Notes: a model not told the origin generated them from the letters alone. Shown: positions 1-14,385, numbered from the stretch's first letter. The stretch is 64,000 nt of DNA from Vicugna vicugna (GCA_013265495.1 MU058289.1:1361451-1425450), one strand, 5' to 3'. Numbers and translations: made by a program.

Positions 1-1074
1 TAAGGGGGGGTTCTGTTCCCAGAGAGCTAAAAAATACGATAAAAAAAAACCCTAATTATGCCTCCTCTTTTAGACACCATCTGATAAATTCCCATTTTAT
101 TGTACATGCCCTTCCATTGTCTTTGCTCTCACCGCTGAACGCAAGCACACCACTGACATCCAACTGGTGTCTAACGGAGGCTACAGCTCACTCCCTAGCA
201 ATATTTATGACTCAACTGCATAACTCTGTGAAACTTTACTATTACTAATAACCCACACTCAGTCTTTCCTGTCATTTTATGCTTTTTATAAACCAAGCAT
301 ATACAATGTAAAACTCTCAAAACAGCTACCCAAGCTTTGTATGTCTGAATACAGATAACAACACTGGCAAAACAAGTGGACGCAGGTGGCAGCCTTTCCA
401 TCTGTTAGATCTGTTAGATGCTACCAAAAGTCCCAAGGCAGGGTGCAGTTCAGGGGTATCAGTGAGCATGTACCACAATGCACCTTGTTCAACAGAAATA
501 TACTGAAGTGGAGGACCATCTGTATTTTAGCTATGCTATAGGTATATGCAAATATCCTGTGATGCAACCACTTTGAATGCTTTTTATAAAGTATGCAGGA
601 TGTAAAATAAAAATTAAAAAAAAAAAGATTCAGGAATCTATATAGGATAATCTTTAATGTTCTCTTATTGCTACAGATCACAATGAAATATTTGTTTTAT
701 GGGAGAAATATTTCTCTCTTCTAATGAATCTTTAAAAATAATAAACATTTTAATTTTAGTTCAATTGTCAAAATGAACACACCCTTGATTATAACCATTC
801 AAGCATCTGGATTTCTACCCTCTCTAGGTCTTTCTGATCAGCCACCACTGATGACAGTTACCTTTAAACATTTTTTTATCCTTTTTATTTCTGGATTCTC
901 AAGTTTTTCTTTAGGTCACACCTCAGGAAACTTGGTAGCCAACTTACACCTTACAACATACTTTGTGCAGCTTCAAATGAACAGGAGGGCTTAAGGGCAA
1001 GAAAACATTTTTTCTCTACTTTAAGTCTGTATATTCAAATAATCTCTTACACTCAAAATATTAACAGTTCCTAC

Positions 1075-1180
1075 CTATGAAGGATGTTGATCAATAAAGT
1101 GTAGTCCTGAAGGAAGTCATCTGCTTGAAGTCGGCTCCCATTTCTAATTCCGAATTCTGATAATTTCTTGTGATTATTGG
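1075..1180 (-). CDS. UBA2: UBA2 exon 15 (gene continues beyond window start)
   Basis: (A)NNHKKLSEFGIRNGSRLQADDFLQDYTLLINILH; TAG/GTAGG; 106 nt; no stop reached. Confidence 0.95.
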
Positions 1181-1261
1181 CTAGGAAATTTGAAAGGAAT
1201 TTAGATGCTTTAGTTGTATCTCCAAGGAGCAATCACATTAGTTTTTAAAAGGTAAAACCCC

Positions 1262-1535
1262 TGCTATAAACTGAGTTGTATCTCCCTAAAATTCATATGC
1301 TGAAGCGCTAACATCAGTACTTCAGAATATGACAGGACTTGGAGAGGATGGTTTTTAAAGTGGTAATTAAGTTAAAAATGAGGCTGTAGGAGTGGACCCT
1401 AACCCAACCTAATTGGTGTCCTTTTAAGAAGCCAAGGAGAGAGGCCTGAGGAAAAACTAAACTTGTCAACACTTTGATCTTAAGACTTTCAGCCTCCAGA
1501 ACTAAGAGAAAATTAGTGTCTGTTATTTTAAAACT
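1262..1535 (+). mobile_element. MaLR LTR fragment (MLT1A/B-like)
   Basis: TGCTATAAACTGAGTTGTATCTCCC...AAATTCATATG...CAGCCTCCAGAACT; recalled MLT1 hallmarks. Confidence 0.75.
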
Positions 1536-2727
1536 AGCCCACTAAAATATTAGGCACTCAGGAACTCAGCCCTGAACATTTCAGTACTAAAATTACTTCA
1601 AGGGAACCAAATTGTAAGAAATTCTGAGAACCCTGTCCTCTCAAGCCAAATTAATCTGGAATCCTGGAGGAGTCAATAACAACTTTTAGAATTGTTCAAA
1701 ACATATTCTACTTGCAAAGATGTTATCTATAACAAAGTCAACATATTACTTTTAGCAAATTTTACAATTCAGAAACAAGAGGAAACTGTTTATTTCAATG
1801 AATTTTTCAACATAAATTTTCAACATTTCTCAATGGAGAGCCAGTGGGGCCCCCAAAATCTAATCAGTCCAAACTAGTCCTACCACTCACATGTCATTTC
1901 TGCTTCCTCTCAGTGTCCCCAGTGTGCAGCACACCATGCTGCGCATCCACAAGCACTTAGCCAACCTTTCTTATGTGGATTCTGAATACTCCAATGATGA
2001 ATAATCCCTCCAACCAAACTTCTGGAGCCACCACCTCCTCTGACCTACCCATTCTGGGGCTTCCTGCCTTCCCTGTCCTTTCTCTCCCGCATGGTCAAAT
2101 GCTCCTCTCTCCTGACCTGCAAACGCACTCAAGTCTCATTTACGATACTGCTTTCTCATTTGGCTCCCAATTTACTCTCTCTCCTCATAGCCCTCAGTCC
2201 GCTTTGTATTTGCTCTGTGTCTACAGACTGTAAGGAACCTATACCTGCAGTGCCTGGCACACACTAAGTAATAAACTGTATTTTAAATTTGGCTTTTCAT
2301 GTTTAAATTTATGTAACTTTTAAACATAATTTAACAAATCTTTTTCTTCAGTTTTTCTTTCCTTCTTTTACCTTTTCAGTCTACCTAGAATGTCTCTGAA
2401 GAACAAGCGTTCCTACCCAGACTTGATACAGGCAGTTCCCTGGAAGTGGACAAGAGCACTGTGGCCACTATAAATGCTAACTATACACTGGATTATTGAG
2501 AACTAGTCCCTCAAATATCCTGACAACACTGAATCCCACAAATGTGGAACTGTGGCGACCCCGCCAAGGCAACGCCACCTTGGGACAGCACTTCCATGAC
2601 CAAGCATCGCCCCTTGCAGCTGAAATACGGAAGGTAAGCAGTGAATGGATGCACTACTGTGCACGCCTTCCCTCAGGTAGTCTCCATCCCCGTGAGGGGA
2701 GCTGGTCAACAAGGCAATGTCCAATAC

Positions 2728-2824
2728 CTTCCGTCTCTCCCTCTTCTGAAGATATTAGGATTGTTCCTTTTCCATCTTCAATTTGGACATCTGGTGCTAC
2801 CATAGCAAATTTTTCTTTCACTAT
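2728..2824 (-). CDS. UBA2: UBA2 exon 14 (ubiquitin-fold domain)
   Basis: IVKEKFAMVAPDVQIEDGKGTILISSEEGETE; TAG/GTATT; 97 nt. Confidence 0.96.
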
Positions 2825-4176
2825 CTACAAAAAAACAAAACAAAACCACCAAAAAATAAGAATATTAACACACGGAATTAAAGATCAAAAGACCCAGACA
2901 TTTTTCTCCATAAAGGCTCTTATCTGACCCCTTCCACTAGGCAGGGGCCAACTTATTCTTTAAGGTACATTAGGACAAGCAGGAAAGCAGTGGGAATTCA
3001 CTCAGTTTTCTCATGCCCATCAATCCCTATGTTTGACCACTGATAAAGAGTAAACCTCCTCCAAACAGGGACTGAGAACTCCTCGACTGGCTCTTGGTAT
3101 TTTTGTCTTTCCCAGCAGATTTGGTACTGAGCTAGACACCTGACATATTTTATCTTAGTTTCTAGGCCAACCCCATGCTGGCAGATGTTCTACAGAGGGG
3201 GAATTTCTCATTAATCTGATTCGCAGACAGTCTTCCCTTTCCTGTTCTCACTTTAAATTCCAATGCTGATCAAGGGTGATAATACTGTTAAATCCTACCT
3301 GATCCTAAAAACAAACCAACCCATCAACAATGGAGGAACTCTCTGAAGGAGTACCCTACAAACAATGACATTACCTTTAGCTCAAGAGTGAGTAGACACC
3401 TACTATTATCATTTCCTAAGAAAGAATATGGGGCAACCACCCTCTGCCAGCCAGTATACCAAGTTCTGCTTCTTCTCCATTCAAAACATAAGCTCAAGTC
3501 AACCTGCCCTGTGTAACCAGTTTTGGGAAAAAGGCCACTCATTCTCAAGCAGGTCTCCTCCTTCATGTCAGGAGGTATATAAATATGTAACACCATAAGG
3601 GACATAGTCAGAGGAACAATCTGAAGTGATCCCCAGAGTGGGAAGTAACACCCATTTGGGCCCTTTAAAATCTTCCCTAATAAAAAAACTAGGAGGAACT
3701 GAAAGGCCAGACCACAACCTCACTCCCCATTTCCCTGAATCCAGTTGTGCAAACACTGCATCTCCTCAGGGACTGACTGAACACACCAGAATCAGGACCA
3801 CCACTAGACCATTTAAGGATACCGCCTAGCTGCCAAAAAATACAGGATTTACATGCTATCTGAGCAACAATGAGTTTGCTTGCTAAGACATGATGCCACC
3901 TATGTAGCACTTGTGGTCTATATTTTAGCCAAATATACCTTTCTGGGATGTGAGGCACATATTCTGGAGCCACAGACAGAAAACCCAATAGGAAACCAGA
4001 TGGTAAAACAACCTAGGACATCAAATCAACACACCTCAGTGGTCAGATTTCAGAGTAACTGTCTGGTTTTTAGTTTGTTATCACAATAACACCATAAAAG
4101 GCAAAAGGGAACCTGGTTTTTCTTATAAAAAGGAAAATGTACAACCTTGTGCAAGAAAAGCAGGCCCTGCACTTAC

Positions 4177-4332
4177 CTTATCTTGTAACGTGAGAACGGT
4201 CACTTTATGGACGTTCAGTCGCACAGTCACCTCTGGCTTGCTGGCACATACGTAACAGTTAGGGTTGGGAGGATCCAGTGCACAAGGCACAAGGAGCTTC
4301 TTTCTTGGATTTGGCTGTTTATTCAAAAAAAT
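4177..4332 (-). CDS. UBA2: UBA2 exon 13 (second Zn motif CYVC)
   Basis: IFLNKQPNPRKKLLVPCALDPPNPNCYVCASKPEVTVRLNVHKVTVLTLQDK; AAG/GTAAG; 156 nt. Confidence 0.97.
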
Positions 4333-6708
4333 CTTTGGAGAAAAAAAAACACAAGCAGAAATCAGAAATCCGAGTTACAATGTTATGTACCATACAGCGT
4401 TCCCTTAAATACTCCTTCTCAGATGGCAAAATGGATAAGGAAAATCATGACCTTCTTAAGAGACTGATTTTCAAACCTTGTTTCCAAATTAGTTACTATG
4501 TAAATAAGGCTGGGCTTACTGAAAAGAAATCTCCTTGTACTGAAGACCCCAGACTATTCTGCAAACTAATTTAGCAAAAATAAGGGCCTAACCATCTTCT
4601 CAGGTACCACCTGATTCTCAGATTCTGGATGCCTTTCTCATGGTTACTCATCAATTTTAAACCAACTTTTAAGAAGATCAATACATTTTTCTAATTAATG
4701 GTAATGCTTTCACAGATGTATGGAACCAATGAGCTGCCTTTCTTTTCAAGTTTTCTGTGATGATTATACTAACATTTACATAATTAAAAGAGAAAATAAT
4801 GAGTTCTAGCACTATTACTATTTCCCTAATACCCAAACAAAAAAATAATAAGGACCAAGGCAAAAAAAAAAAAAATCACACTGAAGTTACAAATGTCAGA
4901 AGAACACGGGAAGCTGACACATAAGCTCTCATCTTGTGATTACCATGTAGTATGATTATCCGCTGGGATGAATTAATTCTAAAGAGGAATTCCCACCAAG
5001 CCTAAAGAACTAAATCCCTCGACAGGCATCAAGTGCTAGAAGAGCCTTCCCAGAGCCTCTCCCCCACAGTGAATTCCAGTCACATACATTTCTACTGGCA
5101 GGGCTGGAAGCAAGGTACAATGAGGGAACAGGTTTATCTGATCCTGGGATTCACTGGGAAGGTAACTGTGCTAAGAGAAATCAACAGTGAGGAAGACAAC
5201 TGCTAACACTAACACTCAGGCTAACAGCATCGATCCATCCTGACATTCATTTATAAACGTGAACAAATGAAACTCAAGACACATGAGTGTCATTAGCCCA
5301 AGAGAGGGACAGAGATGAGCAGGTAAAGGTATGAGAAGGATGTTACAGGAAACAGTAGATGCTTTAACAATTTCAACAACTAGCACTGCTTGAGAGTTCA
5401 AAGAGATACTGTAATCACACGACAAGTTCAGGCTGCTATAAAAAGGCAAAAATCAAAAAACATATACTTCTTGGAAATTAAAAACATGACAGCCAAAATA
5501 AAAATTTAAACAGAAAACTGAATGAAGACAGCAGATGATCCTACTTCTCACCCAAAAAGTTCATGAAAACAGTGAAAGATACTTTAAGAACGCATCAATA
5601 ATGGCACTGAAAAGTAAGAGTGCCATTGCAGATTAGGTTTTGTTTTTTTTTTAAGAAAATCCTGAAAGTAAATGGTCCTTTTATTTCAACATTATAGTAA
5701 AAAGAACCACCTGCCTGAACGACTGCAAAATATTGAGTCCAATATTTTTAGGGAGTTTTTAAAATTCTAAGCTGTAAGAAAGCAAAGCATCTTCAGACAA
5801 GCAAATTCAATACAGAACGACAGGAGGGACACAAGAGAATATCCAAGTGGCTTTAGTCTTCAGAGATAAACCCAGTCCAGCCCTCACTAATGAAGGAACT
5901 CATGACAGGAGATGCTTACATCAAGCAAGGACCTGGAAGGGGAGGAGGGTAAAGAAGAGAAGAGTATCTTCCCCACAAAAACAGCATGGAAAATTATCCA
6001 GATCTTGGAGCTTCGTGGAGGGGGGAAATATATTTCTTTATAAATACATTACATTAAGATAGGGCTCATGCAGATCTGCTGTCTGAATATGTATGTGGGC
6101 TGAAAAGTCAGAACTGAGAATTTAACAGTGGTCCCGAGTTGGTAGGACCACAGGCACCCAAATGAAATACACCTTCAATGGGTCCTTAAAGAATTATCAC
6201 AGATAAAAGTTTTGACAAATACTAATTCTGTTAAAAAAAAATCATGTATCACATAAGCAAACAAAACACTATGAGAGATATCTAGCAGAAGTGACAGTAG
6301 ACTCATCCATAAAGATTTTAGACGTCAAAACTATCAAAGAATATAACATAAATTTAAAATGAAAAAGGAGACTGACAAGAATAGCTGAAGAAAAGGGGAC
6401 TATAAAATGACCAAATAAAATTTTAAAACCAGAGAACGCTTAGAATTGAAAAACAATTGAGAAAACCTAATGTAAGGACTCATTAAATGAGTTGTTCCAA
6501 GAATTCGGTAAAACTGGGAATGTTAGAGGCAAACCAGCGTCTGTGTCCATTTTAAACAAAAGAAAAGCAAATGTGTCTTTCTTCTCACTGTAATTTCCAT
6601 GAAGCTTAGTTAAACATGTAATTCAAGGTAACCTGAACAGTTATTTTTCCATTACTTTACACCAATTTTATTGCTTTAATTTTAAAATTGCAAATAGAAA
6701 ACACTCAC

Positions 6709-6821
6709 TGTTCTACACTGGTCTATTTTTCCTGATAAAATCTTCAATCCTTCCAATACTATCAACCCAGCAATCACTGCATTAGTAGTAGCGATAGCAG
6801 GAATAATGTTCCCTGCCATTG
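6709..6821 (-). CDS. UBA2: UBA2 exon 12
   Basis: (S)MAGNIIPAIATTNAVIAGLIVLEGLKILSGKIDQCRT; CAG/GTGAG; 113 nt; preceded by a 93-nt intron. Confidence 0.97.
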
Positions 6822-6914
6822 CTGGAGGAAAAAAAAAAAGACATGTTTAGCTGTTTAAAAAGAAAAACATAGCTTAGAATTTATACAATACAACTGAAGT
6901 ACAAAACAACTCAC

Positions 6915-7008
6915 ATTTGATATCAAATCTGCTCTTCATATTCATACTGAAAATATGCATCCTGAGGTTTGCAGCAGAGGTGACAAAATCCATTGCAGAT
7001 GGGTCATC
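6915..7008 (-). CDS. UBA2: UBA2 exon 11
   Basis: DDPSAMDFVTSAANLRMHIFSMNMKSRFDIK; CAG/GTGAG; 94 nt. Confidence 0.96.
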
Positions 7009-8774
7009 CTGCCAATAATTTAAACAAGTTAACACGTCTCCCCACAAACGTGGCTAGTATTATTTTCAGAACAGCACTTTGACATGTTTATAACAAGTCA
7101 ACCAGAACCAGAGATGGCCTTGAGGGAGAGGCCAGTCTGGACGAGGACGGGGCAGGCAGGGGCTCATCATCAGTTCCTCTGACCAAGGGCCACCAGGCTT
7201 CTAGGAATTCGCTCCTGCTTAAACAAATGCACTAGGGACTAAGAACACAGACCAGAGTACCAGCTCCATTCACTGATGATGGCAATCCTCTCCTGTGTCC
7301 ATCAGTCAACAAGGAGAAGGTTTTATGACAAGCACAGAACCCAGGGAAGGAGACATAGGCTGTTTTGAGAAAGTTATTTCATTAAAGCCTCAGAAGCACC
7401 TGGACTTTCCTTCTCCGAAGTCCCTTCACGTACACCACTCTCCTACATTTGCTGTTTCTTTTCAGATGTAGCAAGACAGCAAGTTTTCCCTTTACAATTC
7501 ACATTCTTCCTGAGCCTATACCCTAGTCTCTCTATAGATTTTATCAAGTTTTCCTGCTTTGAAGTGAAAAGAAGCTAGCCTAACCCATAATTCAGAAACA
7601 CCAAAATATAAAAGACAAGACATTGATAGGATGTGGATTCTTTACATAATTACTTGTCTGACTGTGTGGTTACAGGCAAATGAACCTCCTTCACCCAAAA
7701 TTCCTTAATCTGTTAAACAGGGGAAAACTTCACAAACATCTTGTAAAGTAGTAGTGGGGATTAAGTATTGATCCAGTACCCAACACAGTGTCCATCAGAT
7801 AGATACTTCTCCAGGCAACTGGCTTTTACACTCATTAGGTATAGATTTTACTTACAGAGGGTAACAATTCCCAGTTCCAAGGTTTTGTTATTTAGCCCCT
7901 GTGTGCAGGTGAAAATCTCCCAAATCACTATTATAACAGTAACAAAATTTTTTTAATAGTTACTCCTTACAGCAATTAACTCTAGATTAATATTTATAAG
8001 AATCCCTAAAATCTAAATTTAGTAGTTTCATTTTAGATGTCTGAATCAACCAGTTCCAAAATCTGCACACACAAAGTATCTTAGTTTTCTAAAACTGATC
8101 AAATTTTCCTCCTTACTTTAAAACTCATGTCAGATCTTTTACCATCATATGAACATACAAACTTTAGCTGATAAATCACTTATAGCTGTAGAAAATATTA
8201 ACTACAATTAAAAACAAGTAAAATTAACTCATCAAATCTTAAAAATATGATATTTAACTGAAAAATGGTATTAAATATTGCTTTAACTTGTAAAAATAAT
8301 TACATCCCATTTTTGTATTGAGAAGTCTCTCAGACCTCTAAGGGTTACAACCATTTCAACAGAAAGACTATTTTATTACTTTCAAGGCCAAATTAGGCCT
8401 ATGGGCTATTTGTCTCCAAAAGGATATTATAACTTCTATTAATAAATCCCTATTGTGTAGGAAGAGCTTTTCTTAAGTATATTTTAAGTCATAGAAATAT
8501 TTCACTCCAATGAATTCACATTATTTCTCCAGTCAAGTTATAAACCATTTTAGAGTACTGGAATCTAAAATGAGATTTTATGATACTGCTTGAATTCATA
8601 TATAGAAAATTCATAGTTCAATGTATTATAGATGAGACTAACCAAACAAAATCAGCATACCCTCAAAATCTGTTAGAATAAACAATATCCCAAAATAACC
8701 AGCTTCTGTTACAGCTTAAGAACTAAAATACACACTTGATATAAAAATATTTGCCACACATTTTCAAAACAAAC

Positions 8775-8941
8775 CTTGTCCCATATGAGCTCAGCTCCAT
8801 CCCCCTTTTCTGCTAAATGCACTCTCAAAGTCTCAATGCTCTTTGAAAAAAGACGTGCATAGCTCTTTACATCTAGAACTTGCTGGTCTTTCAGACCTAA
8901 CTGGGGCTCGTTTTGTTGATCTGATGCATTGGTTTCTTCCC
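8775..8941 (-). CDS. UBA2: UBA2 exon 10
   Basis: (G)EETNASDQQNEPQLGLKDQQVLDVKSYARLFSKSIETLRVHLAEKGDGAELIWDK; TAG/GTTTG; 167 nt. Confidence 0.96.
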
Positions 8942-9406
8942 CTAAAGAAAAAAATATTAGAAATCTCACTATTAGCATCATTCCTCTACTGTTTAAACAA
9001 TCCAATGCCTAATTAAAAAAATCAAATAATATGAAACAAACTCCATTAAATTAGTTACCACTATTAAATTATCACTGTGATACAAATATGTGCACTAGAA
9101 AATCACCAAAATTTATATGAGAAAGGTTTATATAAGAAATCCTTATAAGGGATTGTTGGAGGACTCAAAAATATAATGTAGATGAGATGACAAGCATATG
9201 CCCAGAACATAGTTGGCACTCAGTAAGTGGAAGCTATTAGAACAATACTTGAATTGGTCCCTAAAGTCAAGTATCTATTACTATAGAGAACTGCTCCGAA
9301 CTGGAACCCCAAGTTTCCTGGGACCTTTTAAGTTCCAATATGCTGTGCAAAAAAAGTTGAGACATAAAGCACTGAAGGGGAGAAGGTAAGGAAGTAGTCA
9401 CGATAA

Positions 9407-9536
9407 TTTTTTTCTTTTTTTTTTTTTTGGTGGGAGAGGCAATTAGGTTTATTTACTTATTTATTATTTTTAGAGGAGGTACTGGGGACTGAATCCAGGA
9501 CCTCACGCATGCTGCCACCTGAGCTATACCTCCCCC
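9407..9536 (-). mobile_element. tRNA-Ala-derived SINE (camelid Vic-1-like), internally deleted
   Basis: Reverse strand GGGGAGGTATAGCTCAG...GTCCTGGATTCAGTCCCCAGTACCTCC, AAACCTAATT tail, poly(A). Confidence 0.85.
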
Positions 9537-9994
9537 TACAAGAGCTTTTCTTTTATTTAAAATTATAAATATGATCCTAAGTTAAATCTTAAAGAGAAAA
9601 TCATACAGAAGTATATATATACTTATTAGACACTTTATTTCAGAGAAAATGACACAACTAAATGTTAACCAATAAGAACTAGTTAAATAAAACCGACTGA
9701 AAAGAGCAAGTCAGAGTATATAAACAGTATGACTGCATTTACCTAAAGCACATACACAACTGCCTGTGTCTGTGTGCATGGAGTTATCACCAAGACAGTC
9801 CCTAAAATGTTAACAGTTAACTATTTCTCTAGGTGAAAAGATTTCCAGTAATTTTCCTGCTTCATATTTTTCTGAACTGTTTGAATTTCTTACCATGGAT
9901 GTGTACTACTGTCAAGAAACAACGTAACTACTTAAAGGCTTCAGATGAGAGAATTTCCAATTTAGGTATCCTAAGATGAAAACACATCCTTTAC

Positions 9995-10094
9995 CTTGAC
10001 TCTGAACTTCAGCCCAGTCCAACGGAACTGGAGGTTTCCTCTTCCGCCATAGTTTGTCCATTGTCAACAGATACCTGATATCATCTTTAAAAAG
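9995..10094 (-). CDS. UBA2: UBA2 exon 9
   Basis: LFKDDIRYLLTMDKLWRKRKPPVPLDWAEVQSQ; poly-T then AAG acceptor, GTAAA donor; 100 nt. Confidence 0.96.
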
Positions 10095-11149
10095 CTTAAA
10101 AAAAAAAAAGATAAATTCCATGAACCTTATAGTCCCTACGATGATAAAATACAACAAAATTACACTGCTGATTTATTATAAACATTACACTATTAAATCT
10201 TCTGATTTAAAGACACGTTATATACTAGTAGATTAACAATTTTTCGAAAGGGAGAAAGAAAAAAAGCTTAAACCTTCTGTAAAAGGAAATTTTACACACA
10301 ACACCTGCATTTGAAACAGGTAAAATCAGATGCTAAAGAAAGCAAAGTAAGGGAACTTGAAATTGTGCTGACTGACCCCACCCTCCCAAGTCACCTCCCC
10401 TAAAGCTCCCAAGATCAGTCGGAAGCATAATCACACCAACCAAGGGACTAAATAAACACACACCAACTCCACAAGAGCTGAGTACAATCACTGAGGGCAG
10501 AGACCAGTTAGCAGTGTCTCCAAGTTTGTGGACATATATCAGTAACACACACACAGCTTAAAAGTAGTGCTCAAAAACAGAATCCTCAACCATCTGCAAC
10601 GTCTTTGAAACGTGCCCCCATACAAGTAACCTCAAACACACAAAACCACTCCTTCAAAAACAAACATTACCACATGTAGCCTGAGAGACTATCACATGAA
10701 TCACACTTCTTACATGATATATGATTTTAATATTTTTAGTTTTCCCTTAGCTGTATTGTTCCAGTTGATTTAATCTGCACATTTATTGTGTGTATCGGGT
10801 ATGAATTTAGATTGGGTTAAATTAAGAGTTAGAGCTATTTCTATCAAAATATACTCAATTCAATAAATATTTATTAAGCATTCTTAATCTTTAGAAAACC
10901 AGCCAAATATACCAATAATTAGAGTACAGTTTAGTGTGAAAATCACACAGCTTGGAGCACTATGAGTTTTCTTCTTCTTTCTAAGGAATAAGGACAGAGT
11001 TGGTAGCATCTGAGATGGGTACACAGGCAACAATAGGGAGGCCCATGTGACTCAGGTAACAAATACAGCTACACATTTTGTAGACTACCTTTAGCACTTA
11101 GCTGAAAAGTCTGTCAGGCGATGAGGAATTAGCATGGTTTCTCAAACAC

Positions 11150-12110
11150 AAGCTCCACGGCCTTCTTTAACCAATTATTAAACACTAGGAGTCCCTCAGT
11201 TGTGTACTGAACGTCTTCCCACTCTTCTTTCCATAAACATATAAATCCCAACCACACCTCTAGAAACCACTCTTCTCGCCTATAGAACTGTCATCTCTAA
11301 TATTCCAGAGGAATCTCAAAATTAATTCTATCACCTTCTCCTACCCCTACATATATATCTGCTTCCCACCCTGCTACCTCAGAGAATGGCACCCCTGTTC
11401 ACCTGCTGCCCAGCAGGAAACCAGGTTTGGCTCCTCATTTTGTACATACAAAGCCTTGCTGAGTCTATCTGCCCTCCATACTCCACTGGGAAAGCAGATG
11501 GGCTGTACTTTAGATGACTCTGGTACTGCATAGCTTCTGAAGGCACTGTCCCATACTGGTTACAAGAGGAAGATCAGCTCCTTCAAGGGTGTACTACAGA
11601 CCCTCTATACCTTCCAGTGATCCTACAGACTCCCCTTTTACGGACTCCCACCATCTTGGCACAACATCCTCATCATGACCCAGGAAGTCCTGCATGATCT
11701 AGCCTCAGCTTGCCTTGTCAGTCCTCTCTCCACTTTCCCCTTTAATGGGATTTTTTCAGTTCTCCAACCCAACTTTCTTGGATATTCTGCCCTCTCATCT
11801 CCACCTTACTCTTTAAAGTTTTGGGTTGAAATATCACTTCCTCTGGACAGCCTCTTCTGAACCCTCATACTAAGTCTAATTATTTAGATAAGTGGGTTAA
11901 GTCAACTTATTATTAGAGGGTTTCAACGCATTCAAATTTAATGGCTTAACACTCTGAATCTGAAATTCCTTGTTCAATGTTTAACTTGCCCTCTAGACTA
12001 TGAGTTCCCTACAAAGAGCAGGGACCCTATTTTCTGTCTTGTTCACCACTAAATCTTCTGTACTTGCGGTGCCTGGCACACAGCAGATGTTAAAAGTTAC
12101 CAGTTGAACA
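11150..12110 (+). mobile_element. Degraded L2 LINE, 3' portion
   Basis: Pyrimidine-rich body ending TCTTGTTCACC...GTGCCTGGCACACAG, typical of L2 3' ends; boundaries approximate. Confidence 0.6.
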
Positions 12111-12730
12111 ACAGACTGAAGATGTACTTCAGATTATTCAGGCATTCAACTGTTGCTCAGACTGGAATGGAAGCTGGTACATGGACACTGGTTTGGAAAA
12201 TACTGTCACTATTCGTATCAGAGTTAAGTGCATTTTAAGTGTCATCAAAATAAAAACCATTTTCCAAGGAAAAGGCTGCAGTGAGGAAATAAATCAATAG
12301 GTTTAAGAGAATCAGTCTATGACAACGGATGAAATAGAAGATGGAGGTAGCAGTTGGCCATTTGCTTAGGACAATGGGACCTGTGCATGTCAATCAAACT
12401 GTCAATAGAAGATTTGAGTGGAAAAGGGATAACAGACAAGCAACAGCAGGCAGGAATCAAAGGTCAGTTATAAGGAGAACCAAGAATTTCAGTAAAAGTG
12501 AGGTAAGGAAAGACAACCACGAGTGTATAAGCAAGTCTCTGTATTTTACCTTCCATAATGATGCTATACTGATTTAGTATTGATGCTAAAATTTCAAAAC
12601 CTGTTTATCCCAACTACATCAATGACGTTACTAAAACAGCATTAGACATAAAAAGGAGTGTAATTCATGGACTAGTTTAAAACAAACAGAATAACAAAAA
12701 TCTACCCACAATTATAAAGAAAGTACCAAC

Positions 12731-12852
12731 CTTGGTAAAAAGTTTAACTGGATCATATCCAGTTGATTTAGCCCATTCTTTAGTGGAAATACGCTTAATG
12801 TCACCATCTTCATTAGATGCTCTGGCTCTGGCTTCAGCTTCCATTGGTTCCC
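12731..12852 (-). CDS. UBA2: UBA2 exon 8
   Basis: (W)EPMEAEARARASNEDGDIKRISTKEWAKSTGYDPVKLFTK; TAG/GTTGG; 122 nt. Confidence 0.95.
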
Positions 12853-13318
12853 CTACAAAACAAACACCATTTTACTTTCAACTGTAGGAAATGGAGAACT
12901 AAATTCTCATCCACTTCTTGGGGAAAAAAAGAGTCACTCATGAAAGTCACAAGGATGTGTGTGACAGAGTCTGAGTTCGAGGAGAAAGGATTGTAACATG
13001 CTCATCAGCATCTTTTTCTACCCCAGTTTCTGAAGGCTATATGCAGAGCAATTCTGAGTACAGACCCATAGTCAGATCTGGGAACAACTCCCAGCTCTAT
13101 TTACTAGATCTGTGAAATTTCTCTGCATCTTGATTTCCTCACCAGTAAAGTGGCACCACCATTTTTTTAAAATATTGACTTAAAGATGAAATAATACATC
13201 TTAAGCACATATTATCTAGCACGTAACAGCAGTTACGTTTTTTTTAAGCTGTCAATAAATTAGCAACATAAAGATAGTGCTCATTAATAAGAAAATATAT
13301 CCCAAGTAGTTTACTCAC

Positions 13319-13386
13319 AGGAAGCTTCAGGGTCAGCTCTGTCAGGAGACACTTCTTGATCAGCATCTTCTTCCCCAAACAACTGG
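13319..13386 (-). CDS. UBA2: UBA2 exon 7
   Basis: QLFGEEDADQEVSPDRADPEAS; TAG/GTGAG; 68 nt. Confidence 0.95.
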
Positions 13387-14270
13387 CTATAATTTAAGAG
13401 TAGTAAATATTTAAGTACAGCAAAGTATTCTGAACAAATGTTGACTTTTCCTACTTTCCTCACAAACAACTAACTTAGAGTATCTCAAATCTTCTGTAAG
13501 GATAAAAAAGAAACAACTGATAAATTATACTCTGTAAACCTAAATGTACTACAGCAATCTGTTTAAAACAACTTGCATCCTCATTTCAACAACATAGACA
13601 AGGCTAAATTTTAGTAGACCTATATTCATTTCTGTCAGCTAGGCTCTGCAAATTCCTATGTTAAAATCTTCGATTAAGAGACAGGTAAGCAGTTTTTACA
13701 TTCCAACGTACATAACATTCTATTGCCAGTATAATGTTTGCAAAGTATACCTGCAGCTAGCTGTTCAACAAACACTGACACACCTATTTTGTGCCAGGCA
13801 CTGCTTCAGGTGTAGGAAACTCACTGAATAAGACATTTTTCTCATATTATGTATCTTCACTACCTAAGAGTCTAATGAAATAATAGAAAAGTATTAAGGT
13901 GAAATTCTCTGTTGTTAATCAAGTTATCCTAAAAATTGTTATTAAACACTTAGGAAATGTAACTTGTCAATCTTAACTGAAGCACATGATTTATAATAAA
14001 GCTATCTTTTTTTTAAATAATAAAGCTATCTTAAAGAAATCCTTTGTCCAGTTAAAATTTCAAAGATCCTGATACAAGAAAATGGCCATTTGTTTTCCAA
14101 AGTGGTTGTACCACCATATACACCCCACAACAGCATGTACGAGCTCCTATCAACTCACTTCCTCTCCACATTTATAGGTTCTGCCCAAGTAGTGAATATA
14201 AAATAGTTGTTATTGTGGTTTTATTCTTAATTTTGCAAGTTAATTACAAAGTTAAACATATCTTCATTTT

Positions 14271-14385
14271 TAAAAATTCTTAACATTTTTATTGAAGTGT
14301 AGTTAGTTTACAATGTTGTGTCAATTTCTGTTGTACAACACAATAATACTTTAGTCATATAGTAACATACATGTATTAGTTCTCA
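14271..14385 (-). mobile_element. 5'-truncated young L1 3' tail with 17-bp TSD
   Basis: TTTTTATTGAAGTGTAGTTAGTTTACAATGTTGTG flanked by TAAACATATCTTCATTT (14253-14269, 14386-14402). Confidence 0.8.

Noticed and set aside
2496..2927. 143-aa plus-strand ORF
   Set aside because: Non-ATG start, antisense to UBA2 exon 14, no homology recognised.
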